Source of the DNA: Phoronis australis
Taxonomy: Eukaryota > Animalia > Phoronida
Assembly (NCBI GenBank): GCA_002633005.1
Contig: NMRA01000015.1
Coordinates: 1,409,439-1,473,438 of the forward strand
DNA length: 64,000 nucleotides
Direction: 5' to 3'
Within the stretch, counting starts at the first letter, position 1, and the number at the start of each line of letters is the position of its first letter. The notes under the pieces are model-generated. The model did no database searches and was not told the origin of the DNA. It worked only from the letters and a program-made list of their open reading frames with translations. The position numbers were made by a program, and so were the translations under genes. This document shows positions 1 to 13,080 of the stretch, piece after piece.

Positions 1-73
1 GTATGTGTAAATCTTGTTATCCAACACATTGACATGTACTGTGTATGTATAAATCTTGTTATCCAACACATAC

Positions 74-209
74 CTGAACCATTAGAGCAGACACTCATAG
101 TTCTACGAGACATTTCTGGACTGATGAGGCCAACATCAGTAAGTCGTTGAATACCATGCTGGTGCTTCAGAGCGTCTATGGTGGCTCTCAGCTCAGACAG
201 CTCATTGTC
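74..209 (-). CDS. NAV2: Neuron navigator exon (DNELSELRATIDALKHQHGIQRLTDVGLISPEMSRRTMSVCSNGS); gene continues past the left edge
   Basis: TTTACAG acceptor, 136 nt, CAG|GTATGT donor. Matches NAV (K)DSEL.ELR.TI..LK.Q. Confidence 0.93.
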
Positions 210-1027
210 CTGTAAACACAATTACTGTTACTTCGGCAGAACATGTGGCTTTAAATACACTCAGATTTCCACTTCAATTCAATCAAAAACTTCATAAAAT
301 GAATTTGATTGCAAACCAATCTAGCTATTCTCAAATCATGGTCTCTCAATACGTAATCAAATTGAACTTTTGGTGGTGTACCAACAAAACGGCTGCCACC
401 ATAGAACGGCAATTGTGTTTGTGCTGAATTTAGTGAAGAAACTGCCATATTTTCATGGTAAAAATATTTTATAGCACAATTTACATGTAAAATAAGATAT
501 AATAAGTTATAAATTGACTATTAATATAATAAAACAAAACACAATTTAAGTTTTAAAACTCTGCCCTCATCCCATTGTTAAGTCAATTATTCCAGTGAAG
601 TTATTTTTAAAATTTCAAGTGCCTGTGATTTGGTTTAATTCAACAAAACAAATGAGTATTGACAAGCAGTAAGTTGGCTTTCTCAATTCGTGAGACTAGT
701 AACATTTTACTAATTGAAATTACAGTTGGTAAAGAATTAAATGGAAATGCTACCTCATCAGACGTCGCAGTTAATTTGCAACACAAAAGAGCAAAGACTT
801 ACGACTGTGAACAGTTTCATAGTCCATTAACACAAACAGAGCCCAGTTAGACTAGAAACATTGCACAGCCATGAATCACACATGAGAGACAACTATTGCC
901 ATAAAAACATAAAGTAGTCGAGCAGAAAAAAGAAAAAATCTTTTTCTCATCAAGTCCAGGCAGCGGAGTAATTAAAATCAGACCGACTAGGCATACAGCG
1001 TTTAAGAAACTAGAACCATTTCCCTAC

Positions 1028-1111
1028 TTTTTGTTGAGCTGTAGATGTTAACTGCTGCAGTCGCACTGTCATGTTAGCCAGACTCTGTTCAAATGCTGAC
1101 ACCACATGGGC
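1028..1111 (-). CDS. NAV2: Neuron navigator coiled-coil exon (AHVVSAFEQSLANMTVRLQQLTSTAQQK)
   Basis: TTACAG acceptor, 84 nt, AAA|GTAGGG donor. AFEQSLxNMTxRL is a NAV signature. Confidence 0.95.
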
Positions 1112-1738
1112 CTGTAATATCAACAAATGCAACTTTCAATCATTCTGGTTAAGAAGGGGAGTTGGTAGGGATATTAGCTTGTAACATAGTAAGCCAGAGC
1201 CAGTCTGGTTTAACAGTTGAGTAAATAAAAGTAAACATCTAATGGTTGGCAATACAACGGTGAATACCAGGCTACATGAACAGGTATCAGGCAAGCTGAC
1301 TTCCACTGTACAACTATCCTCTTATCTGACCAAATCAGCTATTGAATAGGAAGAAGGGCTTCAAGTATAGGAGATCAGCTGATCAACACTCCGGCATACT
1401 GCGCGGTGACTGATCTTGCTTGTCGAACCTTCCCACCTCTAACAACAAATTAGCCTCGGGCATATCAGTGACACATTAGAGCCAATGAGTTTTAATGTTG
1501 TGATACACGGCTTTTCTGGAGCTCCGGTATATAAATGCACCAAATTCCAATTTGTGAAAAAGGTGCAGCTGCAGAAATTTCACTCATGATGGACAATAAA
1601 CGGAGGGATGCTGTACTAGTTCCGAAATGGTTGGTGACAATAAGATCACATTTTCATTGCTAAATGAAATCATCAATACTCAATGCTACAATTCACACTG
1701 CAGTATTTTCATGCCAAATACAATAAACATGCACATAC

Positions 1739-1837
1739 GTTGGAGGTAAGCTGTGAGGTGAGATTGCTGACTTTCTCTTGAGCAGAGTCCAGCTCTCGTC
1801 GCAACTTGCGAATCTCTGCAGCCTGCTTTTCCTCAGG
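1739..1837 (-). CDS. NAV2: Neuron navigator coiled-coil exon (PEEKQAAEIRKLRRELDSAQEKVSNLTSQLTSN)
   Basis: TTTCAG acceptor, 99 nt, AAC|GTATGT donor. EIRKLRREL..QEKV..LT.QL is the conserved NAV coiled coil. Confidence 0.95.
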
Positions 1838-2146
1838 CTGAAATTCCAATAACACGTTATTAACACAACACTAGATACATAATAATGAGGTACCAACAGC
1901 ACTGCAAATGGAACACGTCATTAACACGAGAATACATTCATTAAATCTGGCTTAACATCCCCAAGACATCAGATTTATACCATGCTTAGGTGTATTTGAT
2001 CAGCTATTCATACATACTAGTAATCTCAACAAGTACATTTGTTGGCTGGCATATGTTATAAACACTTCATCATACACCAATGCAACATGCGACTAATTCT
2101 TTACAATCATTTTGAAACAATAACATAAAAGTTTAATCACGCTTAC

Positions 2147-2196
2147 CGTGGAATATATAGAGGAGTTGGAGGCCAGAGACAGACTAGAACCTCTTT
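2147..2196 (-). CDS. NAV2: Neuron navigator exon ((E)RGSSLSLASNSSIYST)
   Basis: TTTACAG acceptor, 50 nt, ACG|GTAAGC donor, phase 1 to 0. Matches the NAV GSxLSLxS..S.YST motif. Confidence 0.92.
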
Positions 2197-2789
2197 CTGT
2201 AAACACAATCAATAGCTGAATAAATTTACAAACAGGGCGCTACATTAATTCAGAGTATCATCATATAACTCTTGCTTTACTGCCAACTATAACACCTTAA
2301 GTGTAAACGCCCTTGGCAAGCACAATGCCTATCAATTGATATTTAATTGATACCCTCAAAGACTTAACAAGCTAGGCCAGCAACACACCCACTAAATAAT
2401 AAAAGCAAGGGAATAGTTTAATTGAGTTGGAAAAAATACCCCCTGAAGCTCTTTGCAGAACTGGTTGTCAACGGCCGTTCTCGTTTCAATTTCCTTGATG
2501 GTGGGACCGGTCATTGTTTCTAATTAACGAAGCCCGTAAGGCAAAGACTATGACCCATATCATAATGATTAATACAACAAAGACTTGGCCTAACTTCAAG
2601 CAAGGCAACTAAAAATAGTTAAAACCCCTGGAGTTAGGTAAATAATGAAGTCAAAGTGTTCAATTGTCAGCCATCTACTGCTGTCTTGTATGAAGTAACA
2701 ACATCTGACATGACCTTGGGCATTGCATGTTCCCACCAGCAAAAGTAACACTATCGCACTACGCGACTGTAATGAGACCTGCGAGCCAT

Positions 2790-2882
2790 TGTACCTTGAT
2801 TGGCAGACCTTACATTCTGGTGGCCTGTGACTACTGTACCTTGATTGGCAGACCTTACATTCTGGTGGCCTGTGACTACTGT
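2790..2882. repeat. Perfect 45-bp tandem duplication (2 copies)
   Basis: TGTACCTTGATTGGCAGACCTTACATTCTGGTGGCCTGTGACTAC occurs at 2790 and 2835. Confidence 0.95.
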
Positions 2883-3408
2883 CAGGTCACGGTGGTGCCA
2901 CACTGTTAGGTGTGGACTTATTAGTATGTGTCAGGATGTTAAAATTACAGATGTTTCAAGGGGACTGTGGCGATTTACGTGCAGAGAAAAACTCATTGGA
3001 AATAATGAACCAACTGGTTAAGACTTTGGATAACCAATCGTTGGAAATAAACTGGCAAAATGTTCAAGTAGGATTCAATTAAACAGACTTAAAACAAGCA
3101 AATACAAAGTAGGACAATTTTTTTTTTCAATTCCAAACAAAAATAACCGCCAAAATTGTCATTTCCCATTTCCCAAAAGCTTACAGCCGCATTTCTAAAA
3201 ATGGTCAAAATTTCTCTACGTGGTACTAAGAACTGTACAATGCAAACTGTATCAGTAATGAGCAGAAAGTTTTAATAGTCTTGGTTTATTGACAAATTAA
3301 ACAGTAAGTTTCACTGTTTGCCATATTGTGCCCAAAACAGGAGAAGCCTTAACATTTTCATCTGCCGGAATGAACCAGAATAAAGACCGACTGTGAGCAT
3401 ATACTAAC

Positions 3409-4619
3409 CTCCCTCAGATCTATGTAGGCCAGCTGACATCATAGCATGCACCGATGCTGAAGACATTGATGATGACATGGGGAACGCGTAGTGCTCCCTG
3501 GAGGGAGACAGCGGATTGGCCAGTTGACTGAATGAACCTGACCTAATCATGTCCTGATTGGTGGAGATGTCTGCACCACACTCTGACTGAGTGGACTTGA
3601 TACTATTTGACCTCTGAACTTGTGTTGAGCTCCCGTTACCATTACGTTGTACTGAAAGGATGCGTGCGCTAGCGAGACCACGTGCTCGAGCCAGCTGTAT
3701 CTGGGCTTGGACACTAGACGAGGCAGAGACAGGCTCCATGCTGTCTGTGGTGGACAGACCTGATGAGTGAGATTTGGTGCCCTTTAACCAGACCATGGGA
3801 CTGGTGGGATTAGGGCCGTAGTTTGTAGAGTTAGCCAGGTACTCGGCACTCAAGTACTGGTCTGACTGGGTCTGCTGTGGCATGGAGTACTCACCACCGA
3901 TACTGTTACGCACTGGTCGCTTACTAAAGGTAGCGTGAGGGTTGGAGATGATGGTGCTTATAGGGTCGTGGATGGGAGACTTGTTCAAGCTGCCACGACT
4001 ACCAAACAGCTTGTCTTTCAGACTGACATCGGGACGCCGGCGACCCAGTGTGTTTGACTTATATAGTTCAGAGTCTGTCATGGCCCCAGGGCTGGTGGAT
4101 AGACTGTTCTGTGTCTTGGAGCTCACCATCGGGTGTCTATAGGTCCTCCTGTCTAGTGTGGCTGATGCAAAGTGAGGTCCATCTGACATAGCTTCACGGT
4201 CAGCATGGTGCTGACTCAGTCGACTGCCAACGGCAGACACAGACATTGGTCGAGAATAGCCAAACATATTGGAGCCCAACTGAGGTGTCAAACCAGAACC
4301 ACCATCTGTTTTAACAGTTTGACTTGGTGCAGTCCTGTCTACGAGGGCGTTGGTGTTCTTCTTGAGTGAGCCACTATTGGAGATGTAGTCACTAGAGTTC
4401 TTCACATCATTCCTATCCTTATACCAAGAGCTTCTTTCTAGCACGCTACCGTTGTTCGGCTCGTTGTTCACTGATTTAATAGCCCAGCCAGAGTGTCTCC
4501 CCTTGTCACCCTTCTCCTTCAGACTTTCAGAATACGCTGAGTAAGGGTTGAGGGCTTCGTCTATGCCGTCGGCCACCTCGCTGATGTCACCACTACTCAC
4601 TGAGCTCTCGTCATCAAAA
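3409..4619 (-). CDS. NAV2: Neuron navigator exon (about 403 codons; FDDESSVSSGDIS...RSNSIKST...HRSEG)
   Basis: TTTTCACAG acceptor, 1211 nt, G|GTTAGT donor, phase 2 to 1. Spliced DSDSFDDESSVSSG resembles the NAV DDSSSVSSG motif. Covers ORF 3404..4600. Confidence 0.93.
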
Positions 4620-7600
4620 CTGTGAAAAGAGCCAATAAGGATATTAGTTAATTAACGCTACATAGGAGGCCAGGTCTAAATTAGTCCTGTCAAGCCTGTA
4701 TCCAATTGAGGGTAATGCTAAAAATATCCAGCTAATTGTCCATCACTAGAATGAAGCCCATCAAACAAGCAATAGGTTCTCTGCTTTATACCAGCTCAAC
4801 AGCAATACAAGTGTAAATGTTACACAACTGTCCCATACCCAGGCTATTGGTAGGGACAGGCTAGTCTAAATTAAAATAATTTACTAGTAAATAAAAACCA
4901 GGCCTTAACATAAAACCAGAGGCACAGGAATTAGTTCAAAGAAGCCTTCTCACGTACTAAACAACTGCAGAAGCATGATTTGAAAAACATGTTTTTGGTC
5001 AAGCAACAAATTAGTTCCCACAATGGAGTCTGGGAAGGTTCATTATCTGACCTTGCTTGCCAATATATATCAAGTCGTGCATTAAAAATAAAAAACAGGA
5101 GACATAAAAACAAAGGATATGTTCTAACAACACCGTAACCACAGCTTGATAATATAATGCTAATTAATGTAAACTAATATGTCTTACTGGTATGTGGTCA
5201 TGTAATGAACAATGTGACTGACGCCTTACAAGATAACCAAATAACTGTTCAACAAAATAACTGTTTGGCCTTCTACAGAGGTACCCATGTGTGCTACTGT
5301 TTCACTGATGTATCTTGGAAGCGAAGTGAAGACTTAAACAAACAGAGAAGTCATTAAAATACCAGGCTGCTTACTTTGTCAGTGTTGAGAACAGGGCTGA
5401 AGCTTCTCAAAAGTAAATGACCATCAGTGGTTGACAGCATACCAACAGAAAATTGTTGGTGGCATTCTCATATAAGAAGTGTGCTCTGGACTTACAAGAA
5501 GAGACATTTTATCCAAGAAGACTTAAACCAATAGGCTTGAAACGTAACTTGTTATTCTGTGACTTGAGAACATTCAACTGATTGGAAAAAGCAGAGTGAT
5601 TCATTTCATGTCGTAACATTAGATGAAAGGTGTTTGTAGGGGCTTGGCAGCTATAGAGCCAAGAATGTTCTTACACACCAAAAAGCAAAAAGTTATTACA
5701 CACCTACGGAGGAGGTAAATCATGAAATTCTATCTAATATCATACAATTGAACAAATACTAAAAAGCCCCAAAATTGGACCAAGATACATACATTCTACA
5801 AGAAGACACCCCAGTCCAGAGGTGTTCACACTCCTAAATATTAATCCAACAGTGACTGCTTCACTATCCACAGATAAAGGCCACACTACTGTCTCTCCCT
5901 CTCTCTGCCCTGCAGTCATTTGTACAAGACAATATTGGACACAAACCATGCAATACAAACAAACCACCAACTAAGAATCTCTCATCATAACCTTGAACAC
6001 ATGCAACAAATTCTTCCACAAATATCAGTAAGTGCCTGCATCAATTCAGGACACCAATGGTCACATGGTTCCAGTTAAGGTAATATTCTATTCCAAGACA
6101 AACTGGCAGCATCCTATCTCCATCCCAACAGGCTACCAACAGCAAATTACCTTCTGGCTCTGTTAGAGTGAAGTGGTCACCATACAACAAAATAAATGGA
6201 GTCAGACGGGCAGAAACTGAACAGTAATTAACTGGAGGACTTTCAGAACTGTGATAAGAGGTCTCATTAATACACAATTAGCTGGGAGTGACTATTCCTA
6301 ATACATCACACATTATTACATACTGGTATTATACCTGGTGGTAATATTAGTGGTACAGACCTATGGCCAGTAAACACACTCAATCCATACAGTCTTACCT
6401 ACCAGAGATGCTGCTGACACACCACTGTGCTACCAGAACCCTAACTGGACCGGGACATTAGCACAATACAGGGTGGACCGGAAGACACAGCACAAACACA
6501 AAACAGCATCATAGCACATTCCAGAAATGTCATTTTGATCCTACATTGCACTAACAATAGCAACTGCATCAAGTGTTGAGGATTGAACTAATTGAGTTAC
6601 ATTTGCCTTGCAACACACCAATACAGTTACTAGTCCCCAAGCCCAGAAATTACTTTTTGAAGTATAAAATCAAATCCACTTAGGAGCGGTAAGTGGACCA
6701 AGATCAATAAGTGTTCCCACTATTACAGGCATGAGGATTAGAGCTTCAAAAGTCGGCAAGACTTTGTTAACTTTCATCAATTGCGAACAGTTAATTACCA
6801 CAAATATCTCTTCCTTGTGATATTATACAGCTGGTGTTGGATACCTTACTGAGTGCCTCACTCATGACACATCTTTCAGTATGAAGATAACCGCAAACAG
6901 GTAATGTTGTGGTGAAATCAAGTGAAAGGATTACCAACTCTTAGGCAAAAGTGTCCTTCAGAAAACCCAGTGACAGTGTCCTTTCAGACAACCCAGTGGA
7001 AGTGGCCTAATAGTGGAACACTGGCCAGGGTAAACATTATGAAGAAATAATGTTCAAGGCAGAACAAGTACCCATAATGATAAGATAGACAAGAGCTCAG
7101 TAACATATAAAAACATTGCCCAGACAGCTACATTCAACTGTTATGTCTTTATTATACAACAAAAGATAATTAGGTATTCAGGGTAGTAAAGCAGAAAGTC
7201 ATTTCTGACGTTTGGAGCAGATGGGAATTCCAGTGTTCTGCTAAGAACTTTAGTGACGTCAATGGACATGCAGAGCACATGTAAAACAGTGATGTGTAAA
7301 TAAATGAAGAGTTGATCAGAGCCTAAGAGAAGTTGACTAGTGTAACAGACAGTTACTACAAGCTTTGCCAACGATACATTGCCTTACATGTGCAGTCAAT
7401 TTTTTCCCTGTAGGTCAGCTAATCATATCAACTTATTCTAGCTAAGCCACGTGTCAATATTAGTAATGTTTGTTTCAAATGTCACATTAGTTCATAGGTA
7501 ATTTTAGGTGAAACACTGCCTTCACTATAGATCAAGGACTCCATCACATCACCGTTGTTGTACAGTGTACAGACCTCCCTCTAATTTCTTTTTTTCTCTG

Positions 7601-7878
7601 TGCTTGACTGCGCAGACTTCTAATGTTGTTGTCAATATTCCGTTGGCGAGCACCAATGATGGTTTAAGTCCTAATCACATTTGTTTGTACGTATTTATGC
7701 AAATATGTTTATATATTAAGAGTTCGTCATCACCTTCCAGTTGAACAATTGGGCTCTCGTGATATTGCTCAGGTGTTTTGTGCAATGGGCCCAACGATGA
7801 GGCCTGTGCACGTTTGATGCACCGCAAATGACATCAGACCACCTGCACTGTTTTTTTAATGGATCAGCATCCACCAAC

Positions 7879-8077
7879 TATAGACTTTATTCATGCAGTT
7901 GCCATTTTAGTAGTGAGCCTCTTTTTAGGTTTAAAAAACAATGCATTTGAGACATAAATATAATGAGGCACGTGAAAAAATCATGCTTTGCACTATGATT
8001 AAGCGCAGTAATACATTGGTTTTAAAACCTAAAAGGAGGCTCACTTTAAAATGGCAACTGCGTGAATAAGGTGTATA
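7879..8077. mobile_element. MITE-like element with imperfect terminal inverted repeats of about 68 bp
   Basis: Left TATAGACTTTATTCATGCAGTTGCCATTTTAGTAGTGAGCCTC... versus reverse complement of right TATACACCTTATTCACGCAGTTGCCATTTTAAAGTGAGCCTC...; TA at both ends. Confidence 0.85.
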
Positions 8078-9198
8078 GGCTGTGGATGCACAAGTCTGCA
8101 GCTGATAGAAGTATGCTGGTCATTGAAATATAGTGCACATGGTAAAGCAAAATAGGCAATTGAAGTTAATCCTTTGCAAAGACCTATCTACCAATTTTTG
8201 GGTCTGTTTTTGTACAATAGTGCATGAGCATACATAATTGTTTCTTGATAGGTTTCAAAATCAATTTGACTTGGTCAACTGACCTCACCAATCACGCCAA
8301 TCAGTAGGAGACAAGATCTCATAAACTGAATACCTCCAAGAGTCTATTTTCAGCAGCCCTGTGCACTTTAAGCCATTAACATCTGTTCAGATAAACATAG
8401 TTGGAGGTTAGTGTGTATAAACACACTGAAAACCCCAATCACCGAATATAAATACTTCCAACATCCTACCAAGATGCCAATAAAAAAAGAAAACCAAGAC
8501 CGAAAATGTCCATTGTAGGCCCTCCAGAAATAATTAATCAATCAAGCATTTAACGAACATGTTCAGGTCATGAGGATTTATAAAAGAGCCATAGTAGATT
8601 ATTGGTCAGAAAAACCTCCTACATGAGTGTTTTTAAGAGACTTCCTTTGGACATGACCAAAAAGAACACTGCAAAGTACCTAACTTGAGGACACACAAAC
8701 ACTTTTTTCTTTGAAAGGTTTGGCTGACCCCCCTCGCTTGCAACAATATCCTAGATGTGTTAGAATTGCAAGACTCCGTTAATTTAATGACATGACAAAT
8801 CCCTAACATGTGATGGTCATCAGATATCATTCTGCAACCTTAAATATAAGAGATCAAGTGATTCACAGCCTTCCAAGTTACAAGGCATGTGACTAATTTG
8901 TTGTTATACCGTACATTAGTTCTGTTACCGTACATCAACCACAGAGGGCATTGTCACCGATAGCTAAATTGCTATTGAGAAAAATACAATTGCTTCAGAA
9001 AAATAAATAAGTTATTCAGAAATGAATTGCGGTAAAAAAATAGATGAAATTCTGTAAGGAGAAAAAATGCTCACACAGACAGAACACTGTTGGGCTTACA
9101 AGATTCCCAAGAGATGAAGACCACAGTAACTCAAATATGTTCATAAAAGTGACATAACAACCAGGTGAACGTTGACCGGGACCAGGTGCGCATCCTAC

Positions 9199-9294
9199 CT
9201 GACAGAACAGACATGCCTCAGAATGCCCAGGGCTTCATAGTACTCCCTGGCCACTTGGGTGGAGTCTGTTGGTGGGTTACTCCTCACAGCCATA
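9199..9294 (-). CDS. Candidate 96-nt alternative cassette exon ((S)MAVRSNPPTDSTQVAREYYEALGILRHVCSV)
   Basis: Pyrimidine tract TTTGTCTTCTCTGTACTGTTAG acceptor and CAG|GTAGGA donor. Symmetric phase 2-2, stop-free in the required frame of the host phase-2 intron. Confidence 0.45.
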
Positions 9295-10946
9295 CTAACA
9301 GTACAGAGAAGACAAACACTGAGTGTGTGACTGGCTAGACTACTGCATCCCCAGCTGGTTTATCATTTGATGGCAGTATCCATCTGTTGAAGGCAGTGTT
9401 AACGTGATATGGTCCTTGTATGGTGTCAAGATGGGAATGGAAGAGTCCTGTCCAACTGATATATATCCTCAGGAAGGTCAAGTTCACCATGCATCTCAAC
9501 TTGTGCACTCAAAAAACCTTTCCAATGTCAGTTAACAGCCTCAATGACCAATGCTCACAGATAATAAAATAAAGTACAAATTTCTCCTTCGTTCACAATT
9601 CTTCATTTCCAAAGGAAAGAATAAATCCAAGAACACCGCCTAAAACCATGCATCCAGTTGTAAAGTTCCAATGTCTATATACTGCACTGTAGACTACACG
9701 TACAGTATTAGATATTCATTAACTGTATGTAGGCCCAACCAACCTTAGCTAGCAGTAGAGTTGATTGAGACATCAACCCTTGCCTCTCCAACACTTAATG
9801 TGTTTACCAGCAGCTCTACACAACATGACCAGAAGGTCAGTTGAAGCATGTAACTGTATTAATCTGTCTAAATGATGGAGCCTGTACAGGGGGAGGCATC
9901 AACATCATTAGAACACTTCACTAGTGATGACTTGTTTGAAGTTCACAAGAGCAGAATGAACCATCAGGTAACCAGATGTAGCACACAGTGTTAACATGCA
10001 GAGGAGAGGGAGCAAGTCAAACCAACTAAAACGAGCAATTCTACATGGAAAGGAGCTGACACTCTACTTAGCAACACTTAACTTAGTATAATATTCCCCA
10101 CTTAGTTAATTCACTAAGTGTTAAATTATCTTGTGACCACATGACTATGGTCGACAAAGCTTTCAGTTCATAACTTAAATTTGGGAGCAACTAAATGCTT
10201 TTCGGAAAATTAGCAACACACCAGTCAAAATCTCAGGCTATGTTTAAAACATGCATAACAAGAAATCTTGACATAATCCATAAAAGTCTCCTTTGCAAAA
10301 ACTGTTTCAGAGTTGGATCTAAGAAAACAAATTTTCTGACTTCTCAAATAAAGAACAGAATCTACAGTTTCAGGGAAATGTTAGAAACAGCTGCTTGGAA
10401 TTTCAGTTAAATGTTAAGTGCTCCAACAGCAAACACAACATTCTTGCTACAACTGTGAGATAGCATAACAGAAAATAACCAAGTAGGTAGTGCCCCCTAT
10501 TGAGTAATAGATGTACTACAGGCAGGTTTGATCCCCAGTGATGTCATTACTGGCTCAAGGACGATAAAGCAAGAGATTGAGCACTATGGCAATCATTAGA
10601 TGAGGACAGAAACAAATTTTGGCCACAGGCAGCGCTAGTTGTATCCTATTAAACACTCTGAAGGATACATTTCTTGAAGTCACTATTACTACCAACTGCA
10701 GTGTTTCAATAAAACTACCAATGGTTTTCCAAAAAATTGACAAAATTTCCTCTCATCCAAAATCCATCAAATTTTAGAGCAAAAATTTTCAGCTCATGCT
10801 CAAATGCTCTGGTCCTGTTATTGGCCTGGTTTCTTTTAGGCTTGTCCCTATTATAACTTCAGGCAATGCACTTTGATAAAACAACTTCACTTTTTCTAAA
10901 AGCTACTGTACTTAGTAGGTGTCAATAAGTATGTGACTGTACTTAC

Positions 10947-13080
10947 CTATCACTGTCGATCATGTCATTGCTCTGCTGCATACATTCCCTCACCGCCTGC
11001 ATGCCCTCCCTGAATCTCTGTTGTATACGCCGCGCGTACATGGACGCACCCCCTTCACTCAGGTAACCGCTGAAGTCCTCAAAGTACTTTGTCTTCAATA
11101 TATCCCCATCTGACACATAACCTCCACCAATGTCTATACTGTCAATATCGGAGTCAGTCTCGTAGGCACTGCTACTGCAGTTTGATGTCCGCCTGAAGCC
11201 AGGCTCAGACTTTAAGCCAAGTCGGCTTGATTTTAGTCCTAAACTTGAGCCTGGTTTTAAAAATGAATATGGTGTTGTATGTTGAATGGGAGCCATAGGC
11301 TTAATGTCACTCACATCAATTGTGTCTTCATCACCTAGCGTTGTCTCCTTCTTTGTAGGTTTGACGGGCACACTAGCATCAAATGTTGTCTCAATCTTAC
11401 CAGCCACAAGACTGGACTTGGGCACATCAGGCTGTGTCACCTCGCCAGCCTGCAACACTACTGCCTCACGCGATGTCCTGGCAATTGCTGTCGCCGTTGG
11501 CAACTGACTGGCCTTGTTCCTGCTATCACCAGTCACCTCAAGAGACTTCAGACCATTAGACCTAGCCTCACCCTCGGTACTCAGGTTCTCCTTCTGAGAG
11601 GTAGACACTGAGTGGTTGACCAAGTCTTTGGATGTTTGGTTGCCTGCCTCCTTACGTAACATGTTCTGATTACTACCTTTCTGGTTCTCCAGCTCCTTAC
11701 TTGGTGACTTCTGTACTTGAGCGGCAAGTTTCTGTAGGGCTGAAGTATCAGTCTGTGTGTTAGAGTCTGCCTTTGGCTTATTGCCCGTCTTACCGTGTAG
11801 CAGAACAAGAGGCCTCCTTACCTGGGAGTTGCTCGTCTGTGCCACACTCGTAGAGCTATTACTACTCCTAGTTTTGGACTCTCTGCCACCAGTGGGCCTG
11901 CTGCTGGACGCTGGCCTAGGCAGACCGGTCAAGCTCTCCTTCCCAGAGGAACCACTACTGGTGGGTCGAGATATGCGAGACTCGGCACTATTTTTATCTA
12001 GTGCGCGTAAATTTCTTTTATTCAAAGAAGAGATATTAGTTTGTGTGGCCGAAGCTTCTTTAGTAGACTTGGCCTTTGGTTGAGGTGACGTAATGATACT
12101 CCGTGAGTCACCGTTAGTTGTAGGTACATGCCCACTCTTCGGCAATGCACATTTTCCTATGTTTGACGTGGATGTACTCATCGATGTGCTCACAGATGTC
12201 CTCGGTGGGCTCTGACGAGAAGGAACCTTTGTATTTAACGCTGCAGTGCTGCGTGAAGCTGTAGACTTTCCTGAAGTAGACCTGGACCCCGTCATTGAGT
12301 TAGTCTCACTTTTAAGTGACGTGTCTTCCTTACTAGATGACCGACTGGTTCCAAGACGAGGAATAGACCTCAAATCGGACCTCTTGAGTGAACCCGACGT
12401 AGAGCTAGACCGGCTGACGGAGGTACTACTGTTTGACTTGGTGGGTCGTGACATAGAGTTTGAACTGTTAGTTTTAGGGATCATACTTTTCCCAGCGGCA
12501 GTATTCCTGCGAGCAGTGCCTGGACTACTGGTGTCTGAGCGATCACTTTTGGTACTCGCAATACTCTCCCTACTGGATGCCGGTATGCCCAGCCGCCGCG
12601 GCGACGGTGCTCTAGTTTGAGTCGATGGTGGCGACAAGTGCCTTGCACCATCTTCCTTAGCCGGTACTCGTGTAGACACTGGCTTAATGCCTGTTGGACT
12701 AGCAATACCTGTGCTAGGTTTTGCGACTGATGACTTTTTGGCTGCCAACGCCTTCAACGCAGCATGTGACTCGTTCGGTTTTTCCGCCGATTGTAAAATA
12801 AGAGCAGCGTTAGACTTACTGCTACGAGTCCTTAGGGTCTCATTTTGACCCTTACTATCTGTTTTTGTCTTAACATCCTTTGTGTCTTCTTTATTGCCGT
12901 GTTCACCAGCTTTAGACAGCGTACTACCAGTCTTTGATGCCTTTGTCTTCTCCTTTGAGTTGAAGAACTTGAACATGCCTGTCTTGTTGGATGGTGGTGC
13001 AGCTGACTTGCTAGGTATTCCTGAGCGGGGTATCCTGCCGCCTGTGGTGGGTATACCACTAACTGGGCTATCACTCTTTC
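10947..13080 (-). CDS. NAV2: Neuron navigator large exon (about 711 codons): Ser/Thr/Lys-rich region ending in GYVSDGDIL...GYLSEGG motifs
   Basis: TTTTGTAG acceptor, 2134 nt open frame that includes ORF 10943..12976, AG|GTAAGT donor, phase 1 to 2. FKFFNSKEK, GYVSDGD and GYLSEGG resemble NAV/sickie conserved motifs. Confidence 0.93.

Noticed and set aside
1693-1902. 69-aa ORF over the coiled-coil exon
   Set aside because: Wrong frame; the real exon 1739..1837 reads EIRKLRRELDSAQEKV.
10943-12976. 677-aa and 398-aa (3404..4600) ORFs as separate single-exon genes
   Set aside because: Both are bounded by splice sites, their stops lie just inside introns, and they join in frame as exons of one gene.
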